Shown here: positions 48,746 through 61,998 of the stretch, one piece after another | How positions within the stretch are numbered: the first letter of the stretch is position 1 | Layout: every line of letters starts with the position of its first letter | From: Leucoraja ocellata | Taxonomy: Eukaryota | NCBI GenBank assembly: GCA_036785375.1 | Contig: JAWMAR010000258.1 | Span: 1,984,001-2,048,000 of the forward strand | Direction: 5' to 3' | Length of the DNA stretch: 64,000 nucleotides | Made by a program: the position numbers and the translations under genes | Notes under the pieces: model-generated | Told to the model about the DNA's origin: nothing | The model's input: only the letters and a program-made list of their open reading frames with translations | Database searches by the model: none

Positions 48746-50596
48746 GCGCCGCCCAGAGAGGAATCATTGGGATTGGCAGGTTATTAGAAAAAAGCAACGA
48801 TTAGAATCGTGAGCGGCGCAGTGGTGCAGCGTTAGAGCTGCTGCCTCGCACCAGAGACTTGGGTTCGATTACAACCTCCCTGAGCGGTCTCTGCGGAGTT
48901 TCTCCGGTCTCGACGTGACCTCGTGGGCTTTCTCCAGTGTGTTCTGGTTTCCTCCCACATCCCAAACATTTGCAGGTACATTGTCCCCAGTGTACAGGAT
49001 TGGATCGAATAGAACTAGTGTGAACGGGTGACCGGTGGCCCAAAGGCCTTGTGTCTCTTTAAAAATAATAGTTCATAAGTTCATAAGTGAGTGGAGCAGA
49101 ATTAGGCCACTCGGCCCAAATCAACTCAGCAATTCAATACTGTCTGATCTATCTGTTCCTCAACCCGATTCTCCCGTCTTCTCCCCATTATCCCTGACGC
49201 CCGCACTAATCAAACTGACCCGTGCTAAAGAGATACCTCGCGGAAATGGGCCAGTGATCTCGAATGGATCATTTCATCTACTCGATATCTACGTGAATGC
49301 ACTTCATTCTCTCTAGTTTGGCATCAACCCGTTTTCGCCCCGATTCTACACTTCATCTACATGGGGGAAATGCGGGCCGGATCGGGCACGCGGGCCGTAG
49401 TTTGCCGACCCCTGTCCTAGATGTTCGGCCTTATTGTGTGTGCCCCCTCCCCCCCCCTCCCCTACGTTTTAAAAGCGGTTTCCGCTCAGAATGACCATGT
49501 GCCCAGCAAGACTCTGCCGTTGTCCACAGGGGTACAATATGTGTACCTTTATCAGGATTTTTTTCTGCAGTCATAATGTGCAGAAAACCTATCGTTCAAA
49601 TGACAATCTTTCTCATTGCATGGAACCGTACTGCAATCGTCCTCATGTCCCCGCGACTGTGAATCGCGCTATCAAACAAATGCCCCGCTCTTCAGTGTGT
49701 ATCTCCCGAGAAGGGAATAAAAACAGGAACTATTGAAAAGCCACAGCAGTCCGGCATCATCTATTGACATGAAAACGGCCTTACGGAATCTGTTAGATGT
49801 ACTTTCTTGGGAGCTGTGGATAGGAGACATCAAATGCGGTACAATGACTGATGTTATTTTGTCGCTGCACATGTGAAGCAATGTATTTCGAGTGTCCGAT
49901 ACAGACAGGGTATATACCAACGGTGGGTATATTGTTGAACACAGTGCATTGGTACACAAGTCCAGAGAACACGTTAAAGTGGCAGCATTGGTAAATGGGG
50001 TCAAAGAGCCAGAGGTGAGATGGCAACAACCCCGGCCCTTCGGCTCACCGTGCCCATGCCAATAATCACACATCCCCGCTTTATCCTATTATAATAGGAG
50101 GCGCTCATCCTATTTAAATTCCGCACTAGAGAGAATTAATGGCTCAACTTCCGGGTCCAGACCCTTCTTCAGAACTTCCAAAAAAGTAGGAAGAAGTGTC
50201 TCGACCCAAAACGTCAGCCATTCGTTGTCCCCAGCGATGCTGCCTGTCCCGCTGAGTTACCCCAGCATTATGTGTGTCTATCTCCGGTGTAAGCCAGCAT
50301 ATGCGATTCCTTCCTACACACTAAATACCTTACGAGTTGCCTCGCCGCTTGTCATTCCATCATGAACTGAAATAGCAGGTTCCACATCTCCACCCATGCT
50401 GTGTAAAACTCTTCAGATCCCCGTTAAAAACGCATTCCTCACACGTTAATCGTGTTTTTGGATTTAATATCCATACCTTCTACAAACGATCCTCTGTGTC
50501 CATGCCTCTCGTCATAGTCTCCTTCCCTCCAGTCAAAACAAGCTCAGCCTATCTCATCTCTCCCCGCAATGAAACTCCCCAAATAACTCGTTTGTA

Positions 50597-50839
50597 GGTA
50601 CACAAAAATGCTGGAGAAACTCAGCACTCAGCGGGTGCAGCAGCATCTATGGAGCGAAGGAAATAGGTAACGTTTCGGGCCGAAACCCTTCTTCAGACGA
50701 AACGTTACCTATTTACCGAAACCCTTCTTCAGACGAAACGTTACCTATTTCCTTCGCTCCATAGATGCTGCTGCACCCGCTGAGTTTCTCCAGCATTTTT
50801 GTGTACCTTCGATTTTCCAGCATCTGCAGTTCCTTCTTG
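50597..50839. mobile_element. Fold-back insertion of Penelope-like terminal repeats
   Basis: Inverted copies of the CTGAAGAAGGG..CGAAACG repeat flanked by a 14-bp TSD ATAACTCGTTTGTA. Confidence 0.8.
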
Positions 50840-51609
50840 ATAACTCGTTTGTAACTTATACCTTTATTAGCCTAGGCAGAGAATGTATTAAACGTGAAGA
50901 TTTGGGCCAAATTTCGAAGACATTGTCTTGCACACAGCTGGAATGCTATATGCAGTCCGTGCAATGCTTTAGGGATTGCGTCACTGCATTGAAAAGCCCT
51001 GAAGAGATTCAATATTTTTTGGCCTGGAAGTTTTGTTTCCGTTGTGGATTGGTTTTCCTTCGAGTCGATGAAGTTGAGCTGACCCGACGGATGCCACCAA
51101 GTTGTTAGAGGCATCGATGGGGAAGGGAAAGATTCCCCAAGGTGGATTTGAATCGGCCAGGCATGCCGGCTATTGGATTAGTTAAGATATGTACTGATAG
51201 ACGGCATGCTATGGTGGGCAGAAAGGCATTATAATGGGGGGTGGGAGAGAAGTGGGGGCAGAGATGAAGTGCCAACAGGTATGAGATAAGGATAGGTGAG
51301 AATTGTGAAGCCTAGTGAAGGGATTTAGGTCGATAGAGAGCGGAGAAATGGAAGGGAGGAGAGATGGGGAAATGGATTTGAATGCATGTGGGACTCAAAG
51401 AAGAGATGGCCTAGTTTGTAGGTGTCTACATTAAATTAGAACATTGGATGTGAATACCAGATGTGGTCGTGTGGATCTTGATCTACTGCCCAAGTGGGCT
51501 AAGGAATAGTTGATGGAATGCAGGGAAATGTGAGATGTTGCATTTTGGGAAGTCTAACGTGGGCAGGACCTACACAGTGAGTGTTGAGGCTTTGGGTACC
51601 GTTGTGGAG

Positions 51610-52641
51610 TAGGTATGTTACAATACTGACCTTCAGCGGCGCTGCAATTCTGCCACTGGCCGTGTGAGCGATTTTGGCGCGTTTGAGGACGGGTGGTTTA
51701 AAACGCGGGGTTTTTCTTACCTTGTCCTGGATTATATTTGGTTGGAGTGCAAGCTTTTGTTGAAGAATCCTTCCGACGGGCGTTCTGTCTATTTTTATTT
51801 TAAATCGCCCGCCTCGTTCAGCGCTGGAGTCATTTTAAAATCAGCTTCTAAAACCATCAACGCCGACAACGGGGACGGATTTCATGTAGGTGACAGGTAA
51901 ACGAAAGCGGTTTATTTTTATGTATAAAAGTGCTCCTTAAGATACCTTTAGTTCACATTTTAAGTTGCGATACGGTGATTTAGTCCACATACCAACCGGC
52001 AGTGTTTTTCATGCCGATATCGGGTGTCTAAATCACCGCAAACCGCAACGTTCCAAATGATCGCGTTCCAGAAAAACCCACCGGCAAATTGATTTAAATG
52101 GCCATTAATTTACATGTAACTTCCTTCCATTTGGCCTATAAATCCATGATAATGAGATTTAAAAATCATGTTATATTGTGAATTCTTGTGTGAATGTTAT
52201 TTGGACACTTAGGCTATCTGAACATGTTAATCTATTCTTAAGAAATTGATAGATGTTTAGATCTAGTAATTGAATTTTGTAATTAGCTACAATTAGGTAA
52301 CTAACTAATTATATGCTTTAATTTCAAGTCGTGTAAGTAAGATTGTTTCATATTTGTTTCAGAATGCTTCAATCTATAAAAACTGAAAAAAATTGAGTTC
52401 TCTTAATTTTTAAGAAAGTTATGGTCATTTGACTGCCCTCGACCCAGCTTTGGTGTTAAGTCAATGGAAAAGCAATAGCGAACAAGATGCTAAGTTCCAA
52501 GTATGAAAATGGCCATACCTTTTTTAATACTGAAGATATGAAAGTGAATTAGGTGACAAATTATACTTCGTTTTATGCTTTATCTAATGGGATAAATTAC
52601 AGACCTGATTTTTAAAATCTCAAAATTTTGTAACATTGCTA
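51610..52641. mobile_element. Non-autonomous DNA transposon (probably hAT), copy 1, inserted in CR1
   Basis: TIR TAGGTATGTTACAA / TTGTAACATTGC; colinear with the copy at 62 kb. Confidence 0.75.
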
Positions 52642-53489
52642 TCTAGGAGGGATCTAGGAGTGCAGGTGCATGGTTCCGTGAAGATGGAGTCATTGGTGAT
52701 ACGGTGCTCAAAAAGCCGTTTGGCATATTGGCCTTCATCAATCAGGCTATAGAAATTGGGAGGCCATGTTACAGTTGTATACGATGTTGGTGAGGCCACA
52801 TTTAGTGTATTGTGTTCAGTTCTGAGCACCATATAACAGGAAAGATGTTATGAAGCTGGAAAGGGTACAGAGAATATTTACGAGGATGTTGCCAGGACTA
52901 GAGGGTCTGAGCTATAGGGAGAGGTTGAATAGACTGGGACTCTATTACTTAGAGTGCAGGAGCATGAGGGGTGATCTTAGGGTGGTATGTAAAGGAATGT
53001 AAATAGATTTACTCGATCTATTCGGTGAGAGGAATAGATCGGGTAAATACACGATTTACATCTCTTGCCTACAATAGATGAATCGAGGACCAGAGGACAT
53101 AGGTCTAAGGGCAGAAGATTGAATAGAAATCTGAAGGTAATCTTTTCACACAGATGTTGGGTGTATGGAACAAGCTGCCAGAGGTGGTAGTTGAGGCAGG
53201 GACTATCCCAACGGTTAAGAAACAGTTAGACGGGTACATGGATTGGACAGATTTTGGGGGAAATGCACCAAACGGGGGCAGGTGGGAGTAGTGTAACTGG
53301 ACGTATTGGCCAGTGTGGGCAAGTTGGGCTGAAGGGCCTGTTTCCACGCTGTATGACTCCATGACTCTGGTCCCTTGGTTCTGCACTTCACTGGAATGGA
53401 ACAGAAAGGCAAAGTCAGCTATTCTCAGAATGAAAAAAGAAACACGAATTACTGATGTACTGACGGGTTTAAATGGTCTTGGGTCTGAT

Positions 53490-54590
53490 TCACAACAAGT
53501 TAAAGGACTGGTGAATGGGGAAGATAGGTTCAAATTCCACAGTCTGATGATAGGACACACCTGCACCCCTTGCACTTGTCTTTCCTTCTGCGGACCCCTC
53601 TTCCAGGTCAGCCAAGAACTGACCTGCAGTGCTCCCCTCTGATGAGGTAGAAGCACTGTGCAGCCCTTCAAGAGGTACTGCTGTGGGTTTATCATAGGGC
53701 CCACAGTGACCCGACTCCATCTCCCGGAGTCTGTCACATTGGAGCAAATGCTCCACACACCGCTCCATCCGGCTCCAGCGCTCTCGGTCGCTGGCCGCTG
53801 GCCGCCCGCGGTTGTTCAAAGTCGGACTCCTCCGAGTCCACGACCTTGTTTGTTTTTGTGTCTAGCCTTTCCGCCCGCCTGCGTGGATCTGGCCGGTGCG
53901 GAGGCGACATCGGGCACAGTTGTTCCCACTATCAGTGATCCGAGTGCCGCTGGCTGCTGCTGGCTGCCCGCTGCTCCGCCGTCCTCCCTCACCAGCTTTG
54001 TCCTTACTGCCGTGGAGTGGATCTGGCCGGTGCGGAGGCGACATCGGGCACAGCTGATCCCATCTAGCCCACCAGCTTTGTCACAGCCCGTTGGTTTCTC
54101 CACCAGTAATTAGCATGGTAAAAACACAAAAAAGACCGCAGCTCTTACCTGCAGGTCCAAGTTAAAATTGTCGCTACGGGGCAACGTCATTCCACCCCGT
54201 CTCCTGCCATTTTCGACGTCCAAAAAGTCCACGGCCCCATTTGAATAGTCTCCCGCCCGGCCGTGGTGTTCTGGCCGGCGCGGGACCAAAAGTCGGCACA
54301 GCTGTGCCTTCAGCTGCTGCTGGCTCCCGCAACTTTGCGGTCCTCCCCAGCCAGCTTTACTCGCAGCACTTGTGGACACTATTTTGTCCAGCTTCCCCCC
54401 CTGTGTAAAACAGCGCGGGGACAAAAATTACCGCAGAGTAAATCACTTACCTGCAGGTCGCGGTTTCAAACTACCGCTGCGGGGGAACGCTCCACCCCGC
54501 CTGTCATTTCGCAAGCGTGAAGCGATATGGCACGCATGCGTCGAGGCGGGGTTCTTCACGTAGTCACTCACGTGACTCCGAAGTAAAATC
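53490..54590 (-). mobile_element. DIRS-like (tyrosine recombinase retroelement) terminal/gag remnant
   Basis: Shares the terminal TTCTTCACGTAGTCACTCACGTGACTCCGAAGTAAAAT with the element ending at 60621; GC-rich gag-like residue. Confidence 0.6.
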
Positions 54591-55189
54591 ATGCTCAGGT
54601 CCCACTCCCAACAGCTACCTACAATGTCATTGCACGTGGCACAGTTTTAAACATAAGGTAAACATCCAAAAAACTGTACAAATCTACTTTGGGTATTTTT
54701 CCAAGGGGTGAATGGGTGCTTCTTCAGCTGATATAATTAAAGTTTACAGATTTCAACACTTACATTTCAAATCACTACTTCAGAGTGAAATTTGTGCAAA
54801 TAAAATAATCTAGTTAAAGCAACTAAATTACAAAGCCTAATAGTACATTATTAACAGACCACAGAGTACTTCAGAACATGAATTGATTTTCTTCAGTTGA
54901 GTTAATAGAAACATAGAAAATAGGTGCAGGAGTGGGGGGACGTTTCTTGTTGATTTCTATAGTGTACTGTTCTGTGTCTTTTTTCTTTTCTTTTTTATTT
55001 TATATGGATTTATTGACATTTAATCTATTCAATTAGTTTAATCAATCTCTGTAAAGCACTTTGGTTCAAAGTGATTTTGTTTAAAAGTGCTATATAAATA
55101 AATAAATATTACTATTACTTACTTACTTTGACAGAGCTCCAGAGATTCTCTGTGGACTTCCAGATGGACAACTATATCTGCAGCACTTC

Positions 55190-55349
55190 ACCAATCAGGC
55201 CTTTATGGTAGAGTGGACAGATGGGAACCACTCCTCAGTAAAAGGTACATGATAAAAAAAAAGGAATTGAATCCATTTTAAAATAAGGCTGTAACGTAAT
55301 AAAATATGGAAAATGTGAAGGTGTCTGAATACTTTCTGAATGCACTGTA
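55190..55349 (+). mobile_element. Tc1-like transposon fragment
   Basis: Ends in ...GTCTGAATACTTTCTGAATGCACTG|TA (Tc1 TIR plus TA). Confidence 0.7.
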
Positions 55350-57999
55350 TCACAAGAAATCTAGGACCTGGAAAGTCCAGCATTGTCCTGGAGGGTGTCA
55401 GGAGTTATGGGGAGAAGGATAAAGGGGAGCCCATTTAAAACTGAGATGAGAAGAAACTTATTCACCCAGAGTTGTGAATGTGCAATTCTCTGCCACAGAA
55501 GGCAGTAGAGGCCAATTCACTGGATTAATTTAAAATAGTTAGATAGAGCTCTAGGGACTAGCTAAATCGAGGGACATGGGGGAGAGGCAGGCACGGGTTA
55601 CTGATTGTGAATGATCAGCCATGATCACAATACAGGCCAAATGGCCTCCTCCTGCATCTATTTTCTGTTGACGATGGGCTGAATGGCCTAATTCTGCTTC
55701 TATCACATATGAACTTATGAAAGTAACTTTTACACGTGGAAAAATATTCCAAGGGACCTCAGAATTGTGAGACCACTCACGGCCATCTTTGCAGGGCAAG
55801 AGGAGAGCTTGAACATCCATCATCCACCTAGTTGCAGATATCATAGAAAGAGGAAACAGATCATGGGTTTAGGACAAATAGCTCGGAAAGACCACAGCTC
55901 CTGCTTGATTCAACTGCCATCATATCAATGTCACATATTACCCTTTATAGATGGACCACAGACTGAGATTTGGGTTCAGCTTGCAACACCATGCAAATAT
56001 CATTGATGCAAAAATAACAGTCAAAATATACAATAAAATAATTTGACATTTACTAACGTAAAACATCATAAAATAAAAACTCTCAATGTACATTAAAACA
56101 TTGTCATCATACTGGTCAAGCTTGTAAACCGTCCTTTTGGTGATGATGCTAACTTAACATTAGCAAGACCTCAAAGGCGTACAGAAAATGCTCATGCACC
56201 AGCACTGTGTGATGGGAGGATAGGGAGAAGTGTCGTACTTTAGATGGAGTATCAGATAATGCACAATTAGCTGGGGTCATAGACTATTGAAAAAGGCCCT
56301 TTGGCCCAACTAGCCCACACCAACCAACATGTCCCATCTACACTCGTGGTCCTTTGAAAAGTGCCATAACTCCTGCTCCATAAGCCAGATCCTGCCGAGA
56401 ACCACTAATCTCAGGGGCCTTGTTCATTCGCCAAGGTTTTGCTTTTGCCCTTTTGCAAGAACCAAATCTTTTGTTGCGAACTGCTGCACAGTGAACTCAG
56501 AACACCATGCACAGCTTGCCTGACTGTCTAGTCCACACTAAAGACCAGAACTATCTAAGTAACAGACTTCATCTGGAAATTGCCAATGTTTAAACATTTA
56601 ACTTAATGTGCAGTTCAAGCTCCTTAATTCAGGAGTCTCTATATCGTGGTATATTGAAGGATTTTGTTAATTCATGAAACCTTTTGCTGGTTACTGTGAA
56701 AACCAGCAACAGACCACACAAATGTTTTCTCCTCGTTCTACAAATATTTTCCATTTTCTTGGTACCAGCTCATAATGATGAACTAGTCTGCTGCCAGTCC
56801 ATACCCGTTTTGACTCATTCTTTTGTCAATTCAATCAATATTCACATAGGAGGGGAAGCTTGTTATTGCACACAAACGTCCAGTGAGAGTATTATCTGGA
56901 TCAAGAACCAAAGCAGGTTTTGCCTTGTTTCATCTGGAAAACCTGATGCAAAGTGCATCTCACGGCCAATCTGCATTGAGAACAGTTAAAGCAGCAAAGT
57001 GAAAGACTTTGCTTACCTGTCACTGAATGGATTATTTTGCAGACCAAAATCTACAAGTGCCTGGGTCTGGTTTGAACTTGTGAAGTTGTAAACTCTATCC
57101 AGGATTCTGCACCCTAGTTCAGCATTTCATGATTTCACATATACCAACACAGTACTTTGGTAATAATCGCCATTTACATAATAACACATTCAAATTGTTA
57201 TTTAGTTTAGATTTGTTTCGAGATACAGCTTGGAAACAGGACCTTTGACTTACTGAGTATACAATGTCCAAAAATCACCCAGACACCTGTTCGAGTAGCA
57301 TGAACCAAGTTGGATTCCATTTTCTATAATGTATAGATCATTGCAAAGACACTATCCGACACACTACAACTGATCCAAATGCCTGACTCACCATCCCCAT
57401 CATAGTTCATGTATGAGTAACTGTAGTATGGACTAGAACAGGAGAACAACAGTTGTCCACAAAAACTACATGTGGCCTAGAGAGTGCAAATGAAAGAATC
57501 ATTGAATTATTTTACCTCCAACTTTTTCCAGTTCTGATGAAAACAGCCTTGACATGAAACAATTGCCTTAACATGTGCTCTATATCGTTGCCTTAATGTG
57601 TGATTATCCACGTGGTCCATTTCACTCAGTCATAGGCTATTGTGATTTTAAACATGCTTCTTTGCCGGCCAACGTTAAAGCCAGGCATGTTGCAGATTTG
57701 ATTAAACAAGAAGTCTCTTCAAGTGATCAGAAGAGTTGCTGTACAGAGTGGCCTCCACTCAGGCACCAGCCATTGCATTGGCCCGGGATTCAAGTAAACT
57801 CATTGCATTTCCCCCCAAACTCCCCCCGCACCACAAACCCCACTCAACCCGCAACAATTTGAAAATATTTAATATAGAGAAGCTGAAAATATAGAATTTT
57901 ATGTTTGAATAAACAGTGCTTGCACAAATGTTACGCCTTGTCGAGGAGGATTCGTGCATATGCCTCTTGCTACAACAGTACAAGGCCAGCAATGTCAAG

Positions 58000-58177
58000 T
58001 CACATGGTCTGACACTCCGGGTGACTTTTTAACTTGTGAAATTTGACACTGTCCATTTTCTCAAACTTCTTGCCACAGTATTCACAGGTGAAGTTGTACT
58101 GTATCTCCGTGTCGTGTTTCTTCATGTGCCAGTTTAGTGAAGCTCTCTGTCGACACTGATATCCACAGATTTCACAC
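58000..58177 (-). CDS. ZNF653: Zinc finger protein 653, last coding exon (two C2H2 fingers)
   Basis: tttgcAG acceptor. (Q)CEICGYQCRQRASLNWHMKKHDTEIQYNFTCEYCGKKFEKMDSVKFHKLKSHPECQTM* matches the remembered ZNF653 C-terminus (CGYQCRQRASLNWHMKKH, QYNFTC, DSVKFH) better than ZFP91 or ZNF692. Upstream exons are not in the window. Confidence 0.88.
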
Positions 58178-58556
58178 CTGCAAACAAAAAGGGGAAAAGC
58201 CCGATAAATATTTAAAGACAGCGGTAGAGTTGCTGCATTACAGCACCAGAGGCCCAGATTCCATCCTGACTATGGGTGCTCTCTGTCCGGAGTTTGTACG
58301 TTCTCCCAGTGACTTGCGTGGATTTTCTCTGGGTGCTTCAGTTTCCTCCCACGTTCAAGTTTGTAAATTAATTGACTTGATATAATTGTCCCTAGTGTGT
58401 GTAGGATAGTGTAAGGATCGCTGGTCAGCGCTGGACTTGGTGGACCGAAGGGCCTGGTTCCACACTGGATCTCTAAACGAATTAACCTCATTCATGCTTG
58501 GCATTGTTCAAATTCTGATCTTTAATTCAGTACACGCTCATCAGTAACAGTAAGAT

Positions 58557-60621
58557 TAAACAAGAACTTACCAGTTTGAAGTTTGATCTTTATTTTATCA
58601 CCCTTCTTTCATAATGAACAGGCCACACCTGCCATCATTTCGAGTCTGCCCTGACGGCAACTCTGGCCCGGTTCCGATAATTCTCATATGTCCCAAGACA
58701 ACTCTTGCCATAATTCTGACCCTGCCTTGAAAGACAATTCCCCATATCTCCGAGCCTGTCTCGAAGGCAACCTGGCTAAAATACTGGACCTGGCTCAACA
58801 CTCTTCTGGCCAAATTCCAACCTTCTTGGAATACTAGTATCGTCCAGTTACCTGGTTAAAATGCTTCTGAGTAGATGACAATGTCTCAGTTATTTGTGTA
58901 TTGCCCAACCAATTGTAAATCTTACCAACTTGTTCGTGGCCACTTAGTTGTAGAGTAACTCTGGTCAGCTTAATGCTGCTATCTGCTTCAGTGAACCACT
59001 TCCTGCTGATGAAGCCGTGGGGTACGTTTCCCCCCTAAACTATGAATCCTTACTCGTCGTTGGCCTAATTGGTCCAACAGTTTATGCTTCGTCCTTCAGG
59101 TTTTGCCTGTGGAATAGGTCTTACCTGGATAGAAGATTTGGCAGGTGGCTCTAACGTCCCCTGATAGTGGTGTTCTCTGCATTGTGTTAGGATGGCAACC
59201 TTCCTGCCAGGAATCGTACCTCTGACATGTGCCCTTCATCCCTTGATGTATGCTCCACGCTATCCCCTCAGCCTCGGCATCAGATTTACACTGACCCGGC
59301 ATGTTCTCCTCTTCCATCAGAGAGACATTAAGCAGCCCCTACTACAAGACGCTGCTGGCATGGCCTCGCCAACAGGCCCACCCTTCAGGGTCACAAAATG
59401 CCCCGGTAAGCTCACCTCCTCCATGAGGGAGACATCATGCAGCCCTTCTACAGGTGCTGTTGCCATACATTTAAGCAGCCCTATACAAGGCACTGCTGGC
59501 ATGGCCTAGCGCAATACGCCGGCACTGTTACAAGGCACTGCTGGCAAGGGCTCTCCCATCTGTCCAACACTGCCATATCTCCTGATGTTAGGGTGTATCT
59601 ATCTTGAGCCTCCTCTCAATAAGGCTCCATCCTGGCAATTCCACATTATTAATTTTTCCCCCCCAGAAGGAACCCTCCCGGCACCAGGACTGACCACTTG
59701 GGTCGATTTACCCCATATCTTGGGGACCTCTGTGGTCTGGGCATCGCATAGCTGGTGGATTTCCCCTCCCCCGGGGAATCCCAGCACCATTATATATTAC
59801 CGGAGGGGAAACCCCTACCAGAAGCAGGGCTGACTGTTCCGGTCCGTTTAACCCCTTTCCTGGGGACCCCTGCGGTCTGAAACTGGATTACTGGATTTCC
59901 CTACCCGGGAACCACAGCCTCTATATGTACATCGGGGAAAAAACTCTCGTCACCCCGGCATATATATTTATATCCCAACTCCTGGTCTACTGGAGATCCC
60001 CTCCAAGAGAACCCCAGGATTAACATTCATATCGGAGGGAGAGCCCTCCATATTGTTGGAGGGAAAACCCCTCCCGACTCCTGGTTTACTGGAGGTCACC
60101 TCCCCGGGGAACCCCAGTACTTATATTCATATCGGGGGAAGCCCTACCGGCCAACTGGAAGTCCCCTTCCTCGGGACACCCCCGCATAAATTTTATTGTC
60201 GGAGGGGAAACCCCCTCCCGGCACCCGGCCTGCTGGAGGTCCCCTCCCTGGGAACCCCAGCATCTATGTGCCTATCGGAGTGAACCCTCGCGGCACCCGG
60301 AGCGCCTGGAAGCCACTGACCCCCGCCAGCAACGTCTTCCACGACAACCCAGCTACCCGCTCTTGGCGGCAAGAACCGGGGTTTCCCCACAGCCCATAGC
60401 TGGTTCCCTCGTCGGGCCTCGCGAATCCTCTGGCAGAAAGCCTCTGGAACAAGAGGTTCCTGCAGGGAATAGAAACAAGCTTACCTTGAGCTTAAAACTT
60501 ACCGCGTTGGAGGAGCGCCTGCTCCCCAAGCGGCCGCCTACACCAATGCGTCTGACGTAATGACGCACGTGCGGCTGAAAGGCCTTCTTCACGTAGTCAC
60601 TCACGTGACTCCGAAGTAAAA
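58557..60621 (-). mobile_element. DIRS-like internally deleted element in a ZNF653 intron
   Basis: AAGAACTTACCAGTTTGAAG...TATTTT at the left end, shared terminal at the right end, internal GGGAACCCC tandem repeats. Confidence 0.6.
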
Positions 60622-61396
60622 TTGTCAGTGGAAAAGCTTACTTAGTTCAACACAACCAAGTTACCATTCATGAATATTGATTTCTCAACCTTTGTATTTG
60701 TCCTCACGATGTCCCTCCCCCACACTAGTCCCCTTACTAATTTCAACGTTTGAATTCCTTCATCTCATCCCCAGCCAACAGTGGACCATTGTGAGCTCCA
60801 TCTTTCCTGAGTCTTCGATGCAGGCTCTGCTTTGTTCTGTACCTTCCCATATCTCCAGTGTTCTGCTCCCTGACTCTCAGTCTGATAAAGGATCTCCACC
60901 TGAAACGTCACCTATTCCTTTTCCCCAGAGATGCTGCCTGACCTGCTGAGCTTCTCCAGCGTTTTGTGTCTATCTCCCTTCCCTTGCAGAGCAACCAGTT
61001 ATCTCAAAATGACTCACTAGAGTGGGAAGAAATTAAATGTCAGATCACTTTTTTGTTATCCCTAATGTTAGACCTAATACATATTAACAGGTGTTTTTCA
61101 AAAAGAGTTCCAATAATTACCTATTTTTTTCTGCATGGATGTTTCCATATTTTACTCCCGTAAGGACTGGCTCTAATTTTTAGATCATGTACCTCCATCC
61201 CTCCTCCCCTATTCTGGATCCCCCAAGCAGTGGAAATGTTTTCTCCCTCCGCACCAAAACCTCAATCAAATCAGTCCACCCAACTTCCCTGAAATCCAAA
61301 GATAGACACAAAAAGCTGGAGTGACTCAGTGGGTCAGGCAGCATCTCTGGAAAAAAGGTATAGATGACATTTCAGGTTGAGTCCCTTCTTCAGACC

Positions 61397-61626
61397 TATG
61401 CTCCTGTCCGACTTAGGAAACCTGAACGGAAACCTCTGGAGACTTTGTGCCCCACCCAAGGTTTCCGTGCGGTTCCCGGAGGTTTTTGTCAGTCTCCCTA
61501 CCTGCTCCCACTACCTGCAACCTCCGGCAACCATCTGCAACCTCTGGGAACCGCACGGAAACCTTGGGTGGAGCGCAAAGTCTGCAGAGGTTTCCGTTCA
61601 GGTTTCCTAAGTGGGACAGGGGCATA
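61397..61626. mobile_element. Palindromic MITE (PIF/Harbinger-like)
   Basis: About 90-bp inverted arms TGCTCCTGTCCGACTTAGGAAACC... / ...GGTTTCCTAAGTGGGACAGGGGCA. Confidence 0.75.
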
Positions 61627-61998
61627 AGAGTCAGGAGAGAGGGAAATGTGAGATAAAGAACATACATAGAACAAATGAATGAAAGATCAGCAAAAAGCAA
61701 CTATGATCAAGGAAAGGTCGAGCCCACAATGGTACATTGTTGGCTGCGGGGAAGGTAACAATGAGCTATACAAACATTGAAACTCAACAGGAGGATAATG
61801 AAACTAGTACGACAACTGGGGTGGGGGTGGGACGGAGAGAGAGTTGGGATGCAAGGGTTACTTGAAGAAGTCAATGTTCATACCACTGGGGTGTAAGCTG
61901 CCCAAGCGAAAGATGAGGCGTTGTTCCTCCAATTTGCGCTGGGCCTCACTCTGACAATGGAGGCAGCCCAGGACAGAATGGTCAGTGTGGGAATAAGG

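Noticed and set aside
49490-50090. Unique-looking stretch with several short ORFs
   Set aside because: No domain motif or consistent splice frame found.
55700-57999. Short ORFs downstream of the ZNF653 stop
   Set aside because: No recognisable motifs; most simply 3' UTR or flank, and the poly(A) site could not be fixed.
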